A stretch of DNA of 49,236 bases, counting the filler, from Streblomastix strix (lineage: Eukaryota): NCBI GenBank assembly GCA_008636045.1. It is 2 parts of 2 records of this genome, joined end to end, with 100 filler letters (N's around TTAATTAATTAA, not from the genome) between each part and the next. Parts side by side here need not be neighbours in the genome. Positions count along the whole stretch, not along the records: positions 1 to 24,571 come from SNRW01000227.1; positions 24,672 to 49,236 come from SNRW01000228.1. One strand, given 5' to 3'. A program made the translations under genes and the position numbers. Below the pieces are notes generated by a model. That model was not told the origin of the DNA, made no database searches, and was given only the letters and a program-made list of their open reading frames with translations. This document shows positions 12,581 through 27,204 of this stretch, piece by piece; within the stretch, counting starts at the first letter, position 1, and every line of letters starts with the position of its first letter.

Positions 12581-13364
12581 TATTATTTTTTTAATATATT
12601 TAGTTAATTATTTTTTAAATATTATTGTTATTGTTATTCTTTAAATTATAGGACCGTAAAAAAAGACATTCTTCTGAAGAATTAATGAAAATTGAGATGA
12701 TTAAGAGGAATATTCAGATATTTGTAGGAGAGAGAAGAAAAGAAGAAGATTTGGCCATTGAATTAAAAGTCATTAAATTATTAGCACCAAAGAAAGTAGC
12801 AATTGATGAACTTAAAGCAGCAAATCAAAAAATCAAATCGTTGACTAAGCATAAACTAATCAAATTGATATAATAATCAAAGATCTTACAGAATTTTCGT
12901 GCAAAATAAGTCTAAATGGTAGATCTGAATAAAATTGGAAATTATTTTAGATGGGATTAATACAATCGCTTTCCCTATAACTTGGAATCAAAAATAAAGA
13001 TATTAAGAATAATATTATCATGGCATATTCTTGTATCATCAAGAATGGATGGAAACATGCTTAAAAAATATCTTCTTCTTTACTATAGTAATTTAATCAT
13101 ACATATTATTAAACATCAAAATTAACTCCATCAATAACAAAATTATTATCTTTGTTATTTTTAATCATTTTTTTTATTTTTATTAATTCAGTTTGTTTTT
13201 TAATAAATGATAATAATATATAATCTAATTATAAATCAATTAATTAATAGTAAATTTAATAGTTTATTTAATTGGATTAACTATGAAATGAGACAAAAAC
13301 TTTTTTATGTAAATATATTTTCACAAATATTGATTAAACTAACATTATTCATTTTTAATTTTAA

Positions 13365-16348
13365 TCATTATTTAGTTTCTTTTTCTTTTTCCTTCTCAAT
13401 TTCTTCTTCCTAACCATTAACTATGCAATCATCAATCAATATAGGCATTTCAATTGCTAATTTTTCTTTATATAATCTTAATCTTCTATTCCAAAAACTT
13501 TCTTTCTTGTTTAATCTTTAATTATCTTTCTATATTTAATTAATTTCTTAACTCTAATTCTCTTTTTCTAACTATGAAAATATCTGTTATTCTTTCTATT
13601 TAACTATATTATTTTCCATTAACGTAGGACTTCTTATTATAATTTAACTCTCTTTTTATTTTTCTTTTTCTATCTATGAAAATATCTGTTCATCTTTCTA
13701 CTTAGCTATATTATTTTCCATTAATATAGGGCTTCTAATTATAATTTATTAATTATTAGGCTTTTCTATTGTTTCTTATGAATTCTCATTCGATTTTTCA
13801 TTATCTTTTTCTTGAAGTTGTTATTTCACTTATTCAAGTTCATGTTTCAATTTTTATATTTCTTAATCCTTTTCTTTAATCATTTCATTTTATTTTTATT
13901 AATCAATCACTTTTTGTTTTTACTTTTCTAATTCTATTTATTTCTATTTTTATTATTCTTTCTTACATTCTTTCATTTATTTATCATCTAATTCTTCCTT
14001 TTATTTTTTATATTATTGCCTTTCTTTTATTTATTCTTTTTCTTTCTATTACTCATTCTATTTCTATTTATCTTAATCATTTTCATTTATTTCAAATTTA
14101 TCTATCTCTTACACAAACTTTTGATCATTCTCCAAATTTTGCATTTCTTATTGGTTTTATTCTTCATTTTTTTATTTCTTTTTTTATTTTCCATTTTTAC
14201 ATTTATTTCCTTTTCCTTTTCTAATCTTATTTTTTATTTAGTTTTTATTTTCTTCATGTGATTCTACTAACTCTCTTTCTTTATCTTTCTCTCCTTCAGT
14301 AAAATTTTCCTATACAAATTATTCTTAATTTTATTATTCATATATTTGTATATTTTCATTTTACATATATTGTTAATTTTATTTCTATTTTTCTCTTATT
14401 TATATATCATTATATTAATTATATTTCTTTTTCTTTTACTTTTTTTAATCATCTTCACTAATAGAATTTTCATTATTCTATAAAGGTATAGGTATTGAAG
14501 TGATAACTTCAGGTTCGGGATGACTTTCATCATTTGCTAATTCTCTTTTATCCTTTTATTTCTGTAAAAAAAATAATATTTTTGAAATATGAATATATTT
14601 TTTTAAAGTAATTAGTGAAATAAATTATTATAAATTATAAAATATAATAAATTATAAAATATTTCATACATTTATATAAACAACGAAAATAATGGAAAAT
14701 AAACCAATGCCAAATATAACAATTGATCCAATTATTATAATAATAATTATCCATATTGACAATGCGTTTTTATCATTTTCTTCAACAACATCTAAAATTA
14801 TTGAAGCATTTTCCGCTCCTTATTTTCCGGTAAATATGTTCCTATCATTTGATATGAGCACTCCATACACTTTCTATTTATAATTAAGCCATTCGTAGTC
14901 ATTCAATCCAAATGTAGCTTTCTATGCTTTCAATGAACCGCGAATTTCAGTAACTACTTTAATTGGAATATTTGATCCATCTTCTGGAGGATAAATTATC
15001 TCATTTTCAGAATTATGAAGTGTCTAATTGAATTTGAGATTTGAACTTATTGAGATTTGTTATTGATTAACATTTTTATGTTCTGGAGCTATTTGAGATT
15101 ATAGAGAATGATCTTTTTATGATTTGAAATTATTCTTATTGAAATTATAATTCATTTCTTTCTATTATTGTTCTATTTCTTCTTATGTTTTATCTCTTAA
15201 CTCAAATATTTTAATATTCAAATATCCTGGAGTCATTTCTTATCCTTCAAGATGAAATATTAATTTTCCAATAGGATTCGATTCATTAACAATAACTTTT
15301 GCACTTTTCAGAATTCCTAATATTCTCCACCAAAGTTCAAGAGGTTATTATTATTATTCAATTGTTTAAAGGGAGGAAGAATTGAATGTACTTAAATCCA
15401 TTGGTATTCCTACTAAATCAGTTTCATTAGAATACGTATCACTATAGTTCCCTTTAACATATTCTCCTTATGTTCCATATTAGCACCACTCTATAATATC
15501 TCTCATAACAACAAATAAGCTTTATCCATATTTATCAGCTGAATTATTAGATATATTCATCCCATGCAGATCAATATGATTTATTGAAGGGTCATAATCT
15601 CCATATACTCCTAGAAATACGCCTCCTCCGAATCCAGTTTGAGAATAAGAATACTATATAAAATAATTATTCATAGCTTGACATCCTTGAAATATTGCAT
15701 CTTTGATAATAAATGAGCTTTGTATGGTAAAATCGATAAAAATGTAGATTCCTCCTCCATTCCCATAAGTTTTGCATTAATAGAATTCACATAAGTTATC
15801 AAGAATTATTTATCCTCCAGATGAAATACTTGCAAAAATTCCTCCTCCACCTAATTAAGACCTGCATCCAACAAATAACGATGAAAAAAATGCAACAACT
15901 GCGCCATTTGATATGTCAATATTAAAAGCTCCTCCAGCTCCAGCTGAATTCACACAATTGGTAAATGAACAATTTCTTACTATATATTCATCATTTGGTT
16001 GATTCATTATAATTTTTCTACTGTTTTCTTGTTCAAATTATTAGTTAGATAACTCTGTTGATATAGCAGCTACTTCAAATACTTTATTAAATTCATTATT
16101 TATCAGAAGAACCAATAGAATAAATGAAAAGGAATGAAGAATCGTTTATATATTTCTTTGATTTTGAATTATTGTTGAATTGACTATAAAATAATTAAAA
16201 TAAAAAAGATAAAAATTAAATAACTTTTGTTATATTCAAATTTTATAGTAATTTTAAAATAAATACCCTTATCATGACTAAATTTACAAGCATTTGACAC
16301 TTTGTTCTTGTAAGGAATCTCATAATTATACAGGAATAATTTTTACAT
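13365..16348 (-). CDS. Host single-pass membrane protein: beta-helix-like ectodomain, transmembrane helix, charged Q/E/K-rich tail
   Basis: ATG at 16348. Introns at about 16184-16266 and 14562-14669. Repeated NCSFTNC..GAGGAF, GGGGIF and GNGGGIYI units; TM segment IWIIIIIIIGSIVIFGIGLFSIIFVVY; TGA at 13365-13367. Possible frameshift in A-runs near 14440. Confidence 0.78.
13572..13748. repeat. Coding tandem duplication with a 102-bp period
   Basis: CTATGAAAATATCTGTT...ATTATAATTTA occurs at 13572 and 13674; it encodes IIIRSP.LMENNI.KQK..QIFSQ twice on the minus strand. Confidence 0.8.
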
Positions 16349-17303
16349 CTATAATTCTAAAAAAAAAATTAAAAAATTAAATAAAAATGATGTATTTAAG
16401 GTATAAATACAGTATAAACGATAATTTGAGTATATAAATGGACTAATAATAGATAAATTAGTTAAATTTTATTACTTAAATATGAATATTCATCAATAAA
16501 TACTGTTAAAATTTAAATTTGATTTATTATTATTATTTTTCGAATTAGATATTAAATGATGAGATTGATATTCAATTTGTACTAATAATTTCAACATTCA
16601 AAAAAAAATTATTATGGCAAACCAAATAAGAGTCTTAATTTTGCACAATTTGAGTTGCAAAATTTTTTATTGGATATTTTTTTCAATTTCCTCATGTTTA
16701 CATAGTACTACCAATTACAATTTAAAATTTATTTCAGTATTATAAATATAAATAAAAATAAAATAAAAATATTATTTGAAAATTAAATTATGTTCTCCAA
16801 ATGAAGAATTTATATATTATTTAAATGATTAATTAATTAATCAAACCCAACCGTAAACTCTGGGTTTTAAACTACCCAGGCCGTTTTATTCAGCCTCCAT
16901 TATTTATTTATTGGAATTTCAAAGCCATATAAAGAGATAAAAATGAGTTAAATATTTAATATTTATAGATTGATTATATAAATATAAATGAATTATTATA
17001 AATATTTTAATTTTTCTACATATTCTTTTCGTACCATTTATTTATTTATAAAATAAATATTTAATAATTGTAAATAAATATATAAACTATTTTGAAATGT
17101 AACTAATTAATTAATTTATTTATTATGTTATTATTCATTAATAGATTGATAAGGAAATAAAAATATTTTGAAACGAAATTTATAAAGTAGAAAATATAAT
17201 TACTTAAACAAAACTGATAATAATAGAATCATTCATCATTTCTTATATATTTATTATTTCTTAATATTTCACTACTTTCTATTAATCATTAGTTTAAATT
17301 AAT

Positions 17304-18702
17304 TCACCATCTTTTCTTCCAATCATAATCATTTTTATTCCATTGTTTGCACCATTCTAATGCTGGAAATTTTAATTGGTGTTTGGCTTTTGGATCAATG
17401 AAATACTAAAAATTGAGAATTTTAAATGATTCATTTCTATTATTGGTATAAATCTAAATATAAATATATAAATAATAAAACTCAAATAAATAAAAATATT
17501 TAAATAAAATAAATTATTAATATTATAAAGAATAATAAATACAATAATATTTTGTTAGTACCCAAAATCTAACTGCAGATGGAATATTAATTATATATAT
17601 TGGCTATTCTTCATCATTTACAAAGAATGTAAGAGAAGTAGGACAGGATTCCATGTTTAACTGAAATAATAAAATAAAATTTGGAAATATAACTAATGTA
17701 TAATTATAATTAAAATTAAAATTAAAGAAAAATATATTTAATAATTTGGAATTTGTAAAAATAAATTAATTTTTCTATTTAAATACCTCCAAAGTAATGT
17801 GATTTTTATCACCCTCAAAACTTTTATTACCTCTAATTTCGATATCATTGAAATGGTGTACCCTTCCTATAGAGCTATAAAAGCATTAATAATAAATAAT
17901 ATAAAAAGAAAATATATTTGTTTAAAAATTAGATAATAAGAAAAATAAATTATAAAAATATATTCAAAAATTAAATAAAATAAAATATTTAGCATAGTAT
18001 ACTTCCAGCTTGAATAATAAACAATCTTATCCCAACCTAAGAAACAAATTTTATAAAAAAATAATAAAGTTCAATTTTTTCAAGATTCTTTAAATAAATT
18101 AAAAACCTATAACTTATGCAGGCCATTAGTCTCTCTAATAACTTACTGAATCATCTGCAATTCCAATTCCTGATTAAGAACATTAATAATAATAAAAATA
18201 ATTTAATATATATCAAACTTATATTTCAAAAGGATTAATATTAATAAATAAATAACGAATAAAGAATAACCTAATATTCCCATAATATTAAGAACTTCAA
18301 ATTTCACAATTCCGCTTCTGATAATTGGATCAAAGAGAATTGTAGATGCTTTCCCTGAAATGTTTTTGAATGTATTATCATTGAGTTCAATATCTTCCAA
18401 AGAAGGAATCAAAGGATTGTATATAATGGAATCTGTAAATTATTAATAAAGATAAATTAGTAAATAAATAAATAAATAGTAATAATTTTATATTTATATA
18501 GTTAAACATTATTCAAACCAATTTTATTTTTAATCAAGCTTTGAAATCTTGAATGATCTTTTAATTTATAGATTTTCTTATTGGCGACAAGATATTGTTT
18601 CATATCATTAATCTCAATTATTTCATTTAGAACTTCAAGTAAAATAAATTCTCCTAATCCAAGAAACCCATCATCAACATTATACTCACTTGGTACAGTC
18701 AT
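17304..18702 (-). CDS. Host protein of about 7 exons with a SPRY/B30.2-like beta-sandwich
   Basis: Exon peptides MTVPSEY...LLEVLNE, STILFDPIIRSGIVKFEV, GIGIADDS, LNMESCPTSLTFFVNDEEQPIYIINIPSAVRFW and ALEWCKQW, separated by AT-rich GT-AG introns. TGA at 17304. Confidence 0.75.
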
Positions 18703-19679
18703 TGTATATATTCTGGAATATAATACAAAATAAATAAATAATAAATAGAAAAAATAATGAAAAAATAAAAAAATGAATATAATGAAATAATTAAAAATTT
18801 AGATTAATTTTCTTAACAGATTGTTTGTACATTTAAAATAAATATTATTAATGTGTAAAATCGAAACTTACAATTTATATTCTTTTATGTTAATCAATAA
18901 ATGCACTCAAGAACTATAGAATAAACAAAAAGGGAAAACTTAGATGAAAAAATTAATAAAAAAATGAAGAAAATATGTCAAAAGAAATATATTTTTAAAT
19001 GTAAGATTAAAGTAAATTAGTGAAGGTCAATATTAAATTTGCTATATAGAATTATTTTTTCTTTAAAAGAAAAATAAAAATTGGTGTAGTTTTTTTAAAT
19101 AACTAGAAAAGCTGGATTTAATAAAAAAAAACTTATTAATAATATCAAATTAGCAGATTATATTTTATATTAATAAATATAGATTATATTTAAAGATATA
19201 CAGTTCATTCTAAATTTAGAACAAATTTGTAGAAAGTTTTATTGAGTTGATGTAAAAATCTATTTTTTACTAAAATTTAATCTACATCATCATATTAGAT
19301 TTAAAATTTATGTTGTAGCAAAATTATATATTAATATGATCGATTATATATCATAATCATGAAAAATTGTACATATACATTATAATTGATGGATAATAAC
19401 CATTTCAATATTTTTTATTTTTCAATTAAATTCATAATTTTTTAAATATTTAATTTATATTAAAATTTTTATTAATTAAATAATATTACAATTTAATTTT
19501 TCAAATTATCCCAATTATCTAATATTAAAAAAAATAATTTTACATTTGAAATAGACCTTATATTTAACAAAACTAATCTGTTATGTCAAGATATTCAATA
19601 ATTAAATTCAATTAAAGATTATAACAATTATTCTCTATTTATTTGTTTAACACAAGAATTTTAGTTATTATTTCTAAAA

Positions 19680-21960
19680 AACTAGGTATGCCAAGGCTGG
19701 CAAAATCCTTATGTCGAGACAGACAAAGTACTTATCGAGGGACATTCACAATGTATCTATTTAAATTTTACATTAATGTATTTCATTAAAAAATATTAGT
19801 TTAAGATAAATATTATTATAATAAATATTATTCGTGATTAATAACAGTTGTTGATTTGACAAATAAAAATTATATTTGTAATTGAATATTAAGGTAAATA
19901 TTTTTTTTCTTTTTGAAAACAGTTTATTTCCGTTGTCATAAATATAATATATATATTAAAATTAAATATATTTATAACAAATACTAATTAAATTAAATCG
20001 ATCTATTTAAGTAGTTAACTAAAATTATTTCAAAATATATCCCGCTATGGGGAAGAGACAGACAGCCGCCGTGTCTCTGCGTCTCTTGTCTCCCCCTACC
20101 CATAGCCAGATTCATGATTTATTTCAAGGTAGACATTGAATATTTCTTAAAAATTTAATAAAATTAATATTAATGCTTTTATATCCAATATAATAATCAA
20201 ATTTTGAACAAAATTATTGGCCTATATGAAGTATTTGAACTCTTTGTTTTATAATTAGCTACTTTCAGCAACAGCTGAGTCAAATTTGATATATTTCTCA
20301 TATTAAATATTATTATTTTATTTTAATTTATCAATTATCTATAATATGTAATAGTTTAGTTTTCATTTGAGCTAGAAAACTAGATAACAATATCGCTCAA
20401 TCATTTCCTCCATTTTGAGATCTGAATTTTCAAATTTTGTTTTTTAGTCAATCAGTAATATCTGGCTTAATTAATACTAATTTGACTTGAATTGTATGAT
20501 AACATAGGTATAGCAACTCAATAGACATATTCAATTGAATATCATAATCCATTTTGCTATGGGAGCTGGTCAGTAAGGTGAAGATTATGGCAATATTCAT
20601 AAGAAATAGATCTTTGTTGACGTGATGAATACAGTTAATTTGAGAAAAACTTTTTTTTTGAATCCATATAAATAATCAATGTAATCTTGAATTAATGTGT
20701 ACGATATACAACTGCATTCAAAGACTGTCATGGCATATTGAATAGGTTAAATAAAATCAACTGTACGTTCACAGCTTTGAAGTGGTTTTGAAACCAATCA
20801 TTAGTTATGTTCCAGAGTTTAACGATGGAATAGTAAATATTCTAAGTGATGGTTACTGCTGTATAGTTTGATTGTTATTATTTAACTGTTGGAATATTTA
20901 CTTAAGAAAAAATTTTATAATTCATTGCTTTTTTTATAAATAAAATCATGATATGGTAATTAAATTGAACTAAATTAAAATATTTGATCATAGAAGAACT
21001 ATATATATTTATGTTTAAAAAAATGAATGATTTTTGTTTAGATTTTTAATTTAGTCAAATAATTAAGTATAATCGGAAATATTAGATTATTTAAAAAAAT
21101 AATAAAAATATAAAAAACTTAATTTAAACTATTAAAGATTATGTTTATACTATTATTAACCAAACAATTTTAAATTAAATTAATTTTTAATTTAAAAATA
21201 TAAATAAAATAAGATTAAATAATTTAAAAATTAAAAAATATACTAAATACAAAATTATTATTAAAATTGCAATGAATTACTTTTTTTTTGTTAAAATTTA
21301 AAAAAATAATTATTTTAATTAAAATGTAAGTTAAATATTTTCTAGATACTAAATTGTTACATATTTCTTCAGAATTTTTGGAATCAGAATATTCATGCAA
21401 TTTTTTTTCCGTCAATTTTGTATCCTTAACTGTTATTTTCTATATTTTAGATATATATTAACTTTTAAATGTTGTCTGGAAATGTTTTTATCCTCCCTTC
21501 TTCGTTATTTTGTTGCTTTAAAGAGAGGCTATACCTCTGGAAATATCTTTAAATTTATTATTTAAATTAAAATATTTAATAGTATTTATAATATTTATTT
21601 ATGATTTAACGATAATTCAAAAATATTTAAAAATTAAGGAAAAATATGGGTTCCAGATGATTGACATTACACATATACGTAAAAGAATGGTTAATAAATA
21701 TTAATAATGATTTAATTTAAATTTTATATTAAAATATATAAATATATAAACAATAGCAAAAATTATTTTAATTTCTTTAATTTTTAATTTTTTTGATTTA
21801 AAGCCGTATCTCAGCCAGAACAGACATTACGAAAAAGAGAAAAAAAGGTATTTAGCCTAATAACTAGACTAAGAAAAATTTAATATTAATTATTATTATT
21901 TTATTATATTCACCTAGATAAAGGCTGTGCAAAGACTTTTCGGCGCCCCTGTATTATCTC
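19680..21960. mobile_element. Heavily decayed DNA-transposon debris
   Basis: GC-rich islands containing AGACAGAC/GTCTCT motifs at 19685-19745, 20040-20110, 21800-21830 and 21915-21952. A broken minus-strand frame at about 20200-20900 (FIQPIQYAMTVFEC) is weakly hAT-like. Confidence 0.3.
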
Positions 21961-22581
21961 TAACTCATACAATATATTCAGAAAAGTTCAATGTTTATAC
22001 AAAAGTTGTGGATTAAAAGTTAAATTTAATTGCGAAAAAAACAGAGTTTTTTTTTATAAAATAAATTTTTTTTTAAAATTTTTATTATTGAATAAAATCA
22101 TTACAATTTAATTTGAAAAATTTGATCTTCTTTAGTAAAGATCAATTTTAAAATGTTGAATTTTAAACACAATCTTTAAATTTGTTTTTTGATTAGAACT
22201 TAATCTTAAAAAAATTGTTCTACAAATCGTAAAATAAAATGATTTTTTAAAAAGTACTAATTCAATCGTGCATTATGAAGTGAGATAAAAAATGAAAAAA
22301 AAATTTTTTTTAGAGTATTCAGCCTTTGAGTTTCTGTTTTGAGCGCTTTCAAAGGTAAAACATTGTCTTTTTAATTGAGGAAATTTGCATGAACATAATT
22401 TTAATTTATTTACTATCAATAAAATTCTTCCCGCAGAGAAATCATCCGCTGAAATTTAAATGTCACCGCTACTGCTATTCTCATTGAAAAATTACAACTA
22501 ACTAATATTAATAAATTAACGTTATATTTTTAAAGAAATTTTATGAATTAATTTATGTATTTTATTATTACGTGACAGAAA

Positions 22582-24571
22582 ATGACTCTTGCCTTGTTTC
22601 TTATCGCTGCTACAAGTCTATTCGCTCAAACATCTATAGTAGCGGAGAATTATTATGTTTCTTCTAATGGAAGCGAATCATCTCAATGTGGAGGCTATGA
22701 TTTACCATGCGCTAGAATTTATTATGTTTCTGGTAGAATATTGCCTGACGGCAGTAAGCTATGCATTATTAACATTTAACCTGGAACTTATACAGAACCT
22801 GCAGTTGGAATCACAAGTATACTAATTATTGCCAATGTTATAATTAAAATATACATTTTTTTCACACTTTTTCAGATTCTCGTGTTCGATTCGTTGGTTT
22901 AAATCCAGAAAACACCATAATCATCGACTATGAAACCAGGAGCACCAGTTTATACACTGTCTCAAATGGCTTGCTTCTTGTCCAGAACCTCCAAGCGCAG
23001 AACCGGGCCACCAAGTCGAAAGAGCCGCTTTTCTCGCTCACAGGCTCCGGCTCAATCAGAATCGACGGCTGCCGCTTCACGAAATATTAAGAGAGCTCAT
23101 CTTATGGGCCCATACTCGGTGCAATATAAGGGCGGGTTACAGTAAACAATTCACGGTTCGTTAATATACCTTTTAGCAACGCGGCGGCACTTTAGTTTGG
23201 CGCATTGGTCGACTCTGTTTTTATTGCGGACTCAAGCTTTTAGAATTTGGTCAATTCATTGGGGTATATTCATATATATTATTGATTATTATGAAATATA
23301 TTATTTATTGTTTATTAATTTGTATTTGTACTTATTATTCAATATAATTATTTATTTATATTCATTTTTATTATTTTTTATTTATTTACATATAATATTC
23401 ATATTTATCCTATGTATTTTATTCTATTTTATTTTCAGTCATGGTTCTGCTATATATGCAACTATGAGTTAAACACAAATTCTCTCCGTTGAAAGATCAC
23501 AATTCATATAATGCTCATCATCTGAAGGTTTAAAATCATATAATAATTAGAAATAAGAAAATATTGTAGAAAAATCATTAATTTTTTTTTATTATATATT
23601 AAAATCGTTTTATATTCCCATTCTATTTATTTATCCATTATATATATCCATTATATTTATTCATATATCTATTATTAATATTATCAATAAATCACTCTAT
23701 TATTACATCATTGCTATATTATCAACCAACTACTTATTAACATAGGTGGAGGAGTCGGTCTAATTGAATTGGGCAGAAGAACCAGTTCAGCTTCGCAGAT
23801 GTTTATTCTCCTCGACTGCAAAGTGAGTGAATGCACATCTGAAGGATATGGCGGTGCTTTCTATTTCAGAGGTGTGGATGATTTTGTGATATATGTGATA
23901 TATTTGATGTGAGATGTATTATATATGATTTATTTAATGGAAGTATATGTATTTGTTAGTATATTGCATTATTATTTTGTTTTTATTAATCATTTCTGTT
24001 TCATTTCATTTTATATTATATTATGTTATTATATTATATTATATTATATTATATTATTATTCATCTATATATTCTAAATCCACCTTTAAATCTATCCATC
24101 CAGGCAACATTCCGTACTTCAACATCGAAAGATGCCAATTTGACCAAAATTATGCGACATTCAACTCCAGGACACAAACAGTGCAACAATAAGAAGCAGA
24201 GAATGATAGCGGAAATGATCTGTACTTTGAAAATGGAGATATATGTATGATTATATTATGCTATATTTGTTGTTATTATTAATATGAATAATGAAAGATT
24301 AAATATTTATTATTATTAATATGAATAAATAATGAAAGATTAAATATTATATATATATTAATATGAATAATTAATGAAAGATTAAATAATTTATATAAAT
24401 GTACATATTAATAAATAATAAATATATATTAACCAATTTTTAATGTTTCTTTATTCGTTCACATTATCTAATTATATTCTTTTCTTCTTATTATTATTTA
24501 TTATATAACAAATATTAATTAGCTCGCGCTATTGGAAATGGAGCAGTACTCAACTCAGGATCAACCTCCAA
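22582..24571 (+). CDS. Host secreted or surface right-handed beta-helix (pectin-lyase-like fold) protein, multi-exon, truncated at the linker
   Basis: Signal peptide MTLALFLIAATSLFAQ; YYVSSNGS..CG...PC and IQPGTY cap motifs; intron 22817-22875; repeated GSAIY and GYGGAFYF units. Confidence 0.8.
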
Positions 24572-24671
24572 NNNNNNNNNNNNNNNNNNNNNNNNNNNNN
24601 NNNNNNNNNNNNNNNTTAATTAATTAANNNNNNNNNNNNNNNNNNNNNNNNNNNNNNNNNNNNNNNNNNNN
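24572..24671. other. Artificial contig-joining linker
   Basis: Exactly 44 N + TTAATTAATTAA + 44 N = 100 bp. Confidence 0.95.
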
Positions 24672-26464
24672 ATATTTAACACAAACCATCTAAATAATCA
24701 TTTGAAGAAAGAGATAAAGAATAAAAATATAATGACTCATTCAAGGATATATTACATTAAGAAGAATAAGAAAAATAAAATGAACCTTATATAAACGAAG
24801 AAAATGACAAAATATTTAATGATGATTCTCCATCATAAATTACAACAGTTGTTACTAAAGATAGTGTTTAAATTGCTTAAGTTCCTTCGGGGAGTAAATA
24901 ATCTTTTCCATCTTCTTCATCAACTTCATAAACATCTTCCACTCATAAATCAACAGATGAAATTTATTCTTCACCTTCAGTTAAATCATAACATTAATCT
25001 ACTAAACCATTATAATCTTCTTAACCAACATATTCGACTGTATCTTTATATTCAACCAAATCCACCTAATCTAGTTCGGACTCCTAGTCTGATTCTGATG
25101 AATATAGCTCATAAACAGTATATGAATCTCCATTATCACAATCATATACATCTTAATCCTCAGATATAGATGCATAACTTTCTTCTCAATAAACAAACTT
25201 TGATGAGAGCACAAATTTATAATAACAATCAAATGAACAATCTAATCAAGCTTCACTATCTTACACTGTATCTTAGAAACAGTTACAGATTGAAAAGGAT
25301 TTGCTTGAATTAAACACAACTCTTGAAGAAATCAAAGAATAAATTGATTAATTTGAAAAATTAACCGATTTAAAGAAAGATTTTGTAATGTTGAATCTTC
25401 ATAAATTAATCAAAGGAAACGAAGAAAATTGTCTGAAAGCTTCTAAATTGGGAATAATTGATAAACTATTGGAAATTCTTGATATTCACTCTGTCAAGAC
25501 TTTATATCCCATGTACAGTTAGCCTTTATAGACATATATAAATTCATTTCCATCATCTTGTAAAGATTCCAAGTTATAAGAAAATGTGCTAATCTGGGCA
25601 AAAAGAATTTTGGAGACTGACAATGAAATGGTTCTTTTCAAAATATTATTATAATATTATGAAATCATTTATGATTTTGGAACTATTGAATAAGATGGAA
25701 AACCAAATCCACTTCTTAAAGATATGATGGAAAATGGGACTCTTACAAAATTATTGGAAATATTTCGAAATGACAAGTATATTGACTGGAGAATCAAGGA
25801 ATATGACGCTATTTCAATTGGACGATTATTCAAAGCAGTTCCACTTCCTTTAGATGGTCCAGAAATTATAAAACATCTCAAATGGCAAGTTCTTATTTCA
25901 AATGTCTATCAATGTAGACATTCACTCAAAACGCTCCCACTACTTGCTGAATGTATTTGTATGCGTTTATATATTGTATAATTAATTTAATATAAATAAT
26001 TTTAATTTAATTTATTTTAATTTAATTAATTTTAATATAATTAATTTTAATAATTTTTCTCTTATTATATTATTTGTTCCAACTCTGAATTCATGATTTG
26101 TAATTTATTAGAGAACCATGATCTGATCTTAGAAGAAGAGTTTATGGCAAGTGCGAATAAGATATTAGAAGTAGAAAAGAATAAGAATAAACCAGATAAT
26201 TTGATCAATTTTCTTAAATTAATTATCAATCTCTTCAAATATGGAATATTGGAAACAAAAGTAAAATTGATGAAATAAATACCTGTTAGTTGCCTTGAGA
26301 TTCTTTCAAATAATTCAAATAATGATGTTTCTCAATATGCAAAATAAGTATTTGAATATTTTCAATAATTTGATTAGGAGAAAGAAAGGATGGAAATTGA
26401 GAAGGAAAATGACAAAAAGAAAGAAAAGTAACAGAAAAGTGAGAAAAAGGAACAAAAAAAGTGA
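24672..26464 (+). CDS. Host gene, 5' partial: Ser/Gln-rich region followed by ARM-like repeats
   Basis: Long table-6 frame (LGIIDKLLEIL, PNPLLKDMMENGTLTKLLEIF, AISIGRLFKAVPLP); intron 25959-26111; TGA at 26462. Confidence 0.78.
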
Positions 26465-27204
26465 TTAAGAGAAGAAAAAGAAAGAAAGATGAAATTAAAA
26501 AGATAAAAAAGAATATTATTTAATTATTTAATTATAATTAAATCAATCGTATTAATTTAGTTTTAACTTCAAACAGTTTGGGGAATTTAATGAATATGCA
26601 TCTTTCACATCTTTAATCAGAATTTATTACACATCCTTAAAAGCACAAATGTCATACTACACGCTGAGTTAGTTCAATTCATATTTGTATCTCGTTTTAA
26701 ATATACATATAAAAGTGTAATTATATTCATAAAATTTAATGAAATTTTGCCAATGATTTTTGTGAAAAAAATTTGCAGATAATTTTAAGTTACTACTCTA
26801 TTAGAAAATTTTGCAGATCTGTTTTCATTAAAAGACGTATAATAATTTTCTACAACTTCGCCTTTATTGAATGATTGTATCCTTTGTTGAAGAACTACTA
26901 TTATTTATAATATGAGGCTTCATTATTGTCCAATTTTTGATTAGAATGGATTTTATGAAATGATCCAGTCTTAATAAAATTATACCTTCCATTTCATTAT
27001 AGTTTCGCTCCATTTGTAACATTTCAAGTGTTATTACATTAATTTAACTATTAAATTTATTTATCTTATTTAATGTATTTTATGCGTACTAATGGTTGTT
27101 TCTATAGATTAATTGGTATCATTCGTTTATATTGCTCATCGATAAATAACTTCATAACAACTTTAGAACCATTCTTAACTACAACTTCAGTTCATTCAGT
27201 AAAA

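Noticed and set aside
12650..13090. Coding-like stretch DRKKRHSSEELMKIEMIKRN...
   Set aside because: It could be a transposase tail or a gene remnant, but no motif was strong enough to call.
20040..20110. GC-rich self-complementary island as a tRNA or structured RNA
   Set aside because: No cloverleaf or A/B boxes are recognisable; it is more likely transposon subterminal repeat.
24020..24390. (ATTAT)n run and three copies of ATTAATATGAATAA..TGAAAGATTAAAT
   Set aside because: These are ordinary low-complexity intron repeats.
24616..24627. Palindromic TTAATTAATTAA as a biological site
   Set aside because: It is centred in exactly 44+44 Ns, which marks it as a synthetic linker.
26640..26800. 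Polinton terminus (ACTACT-like) at the left edge of block A
   Set aside because: Only short chance-level matches are present, with no partner inverted repeat or TSD visible.
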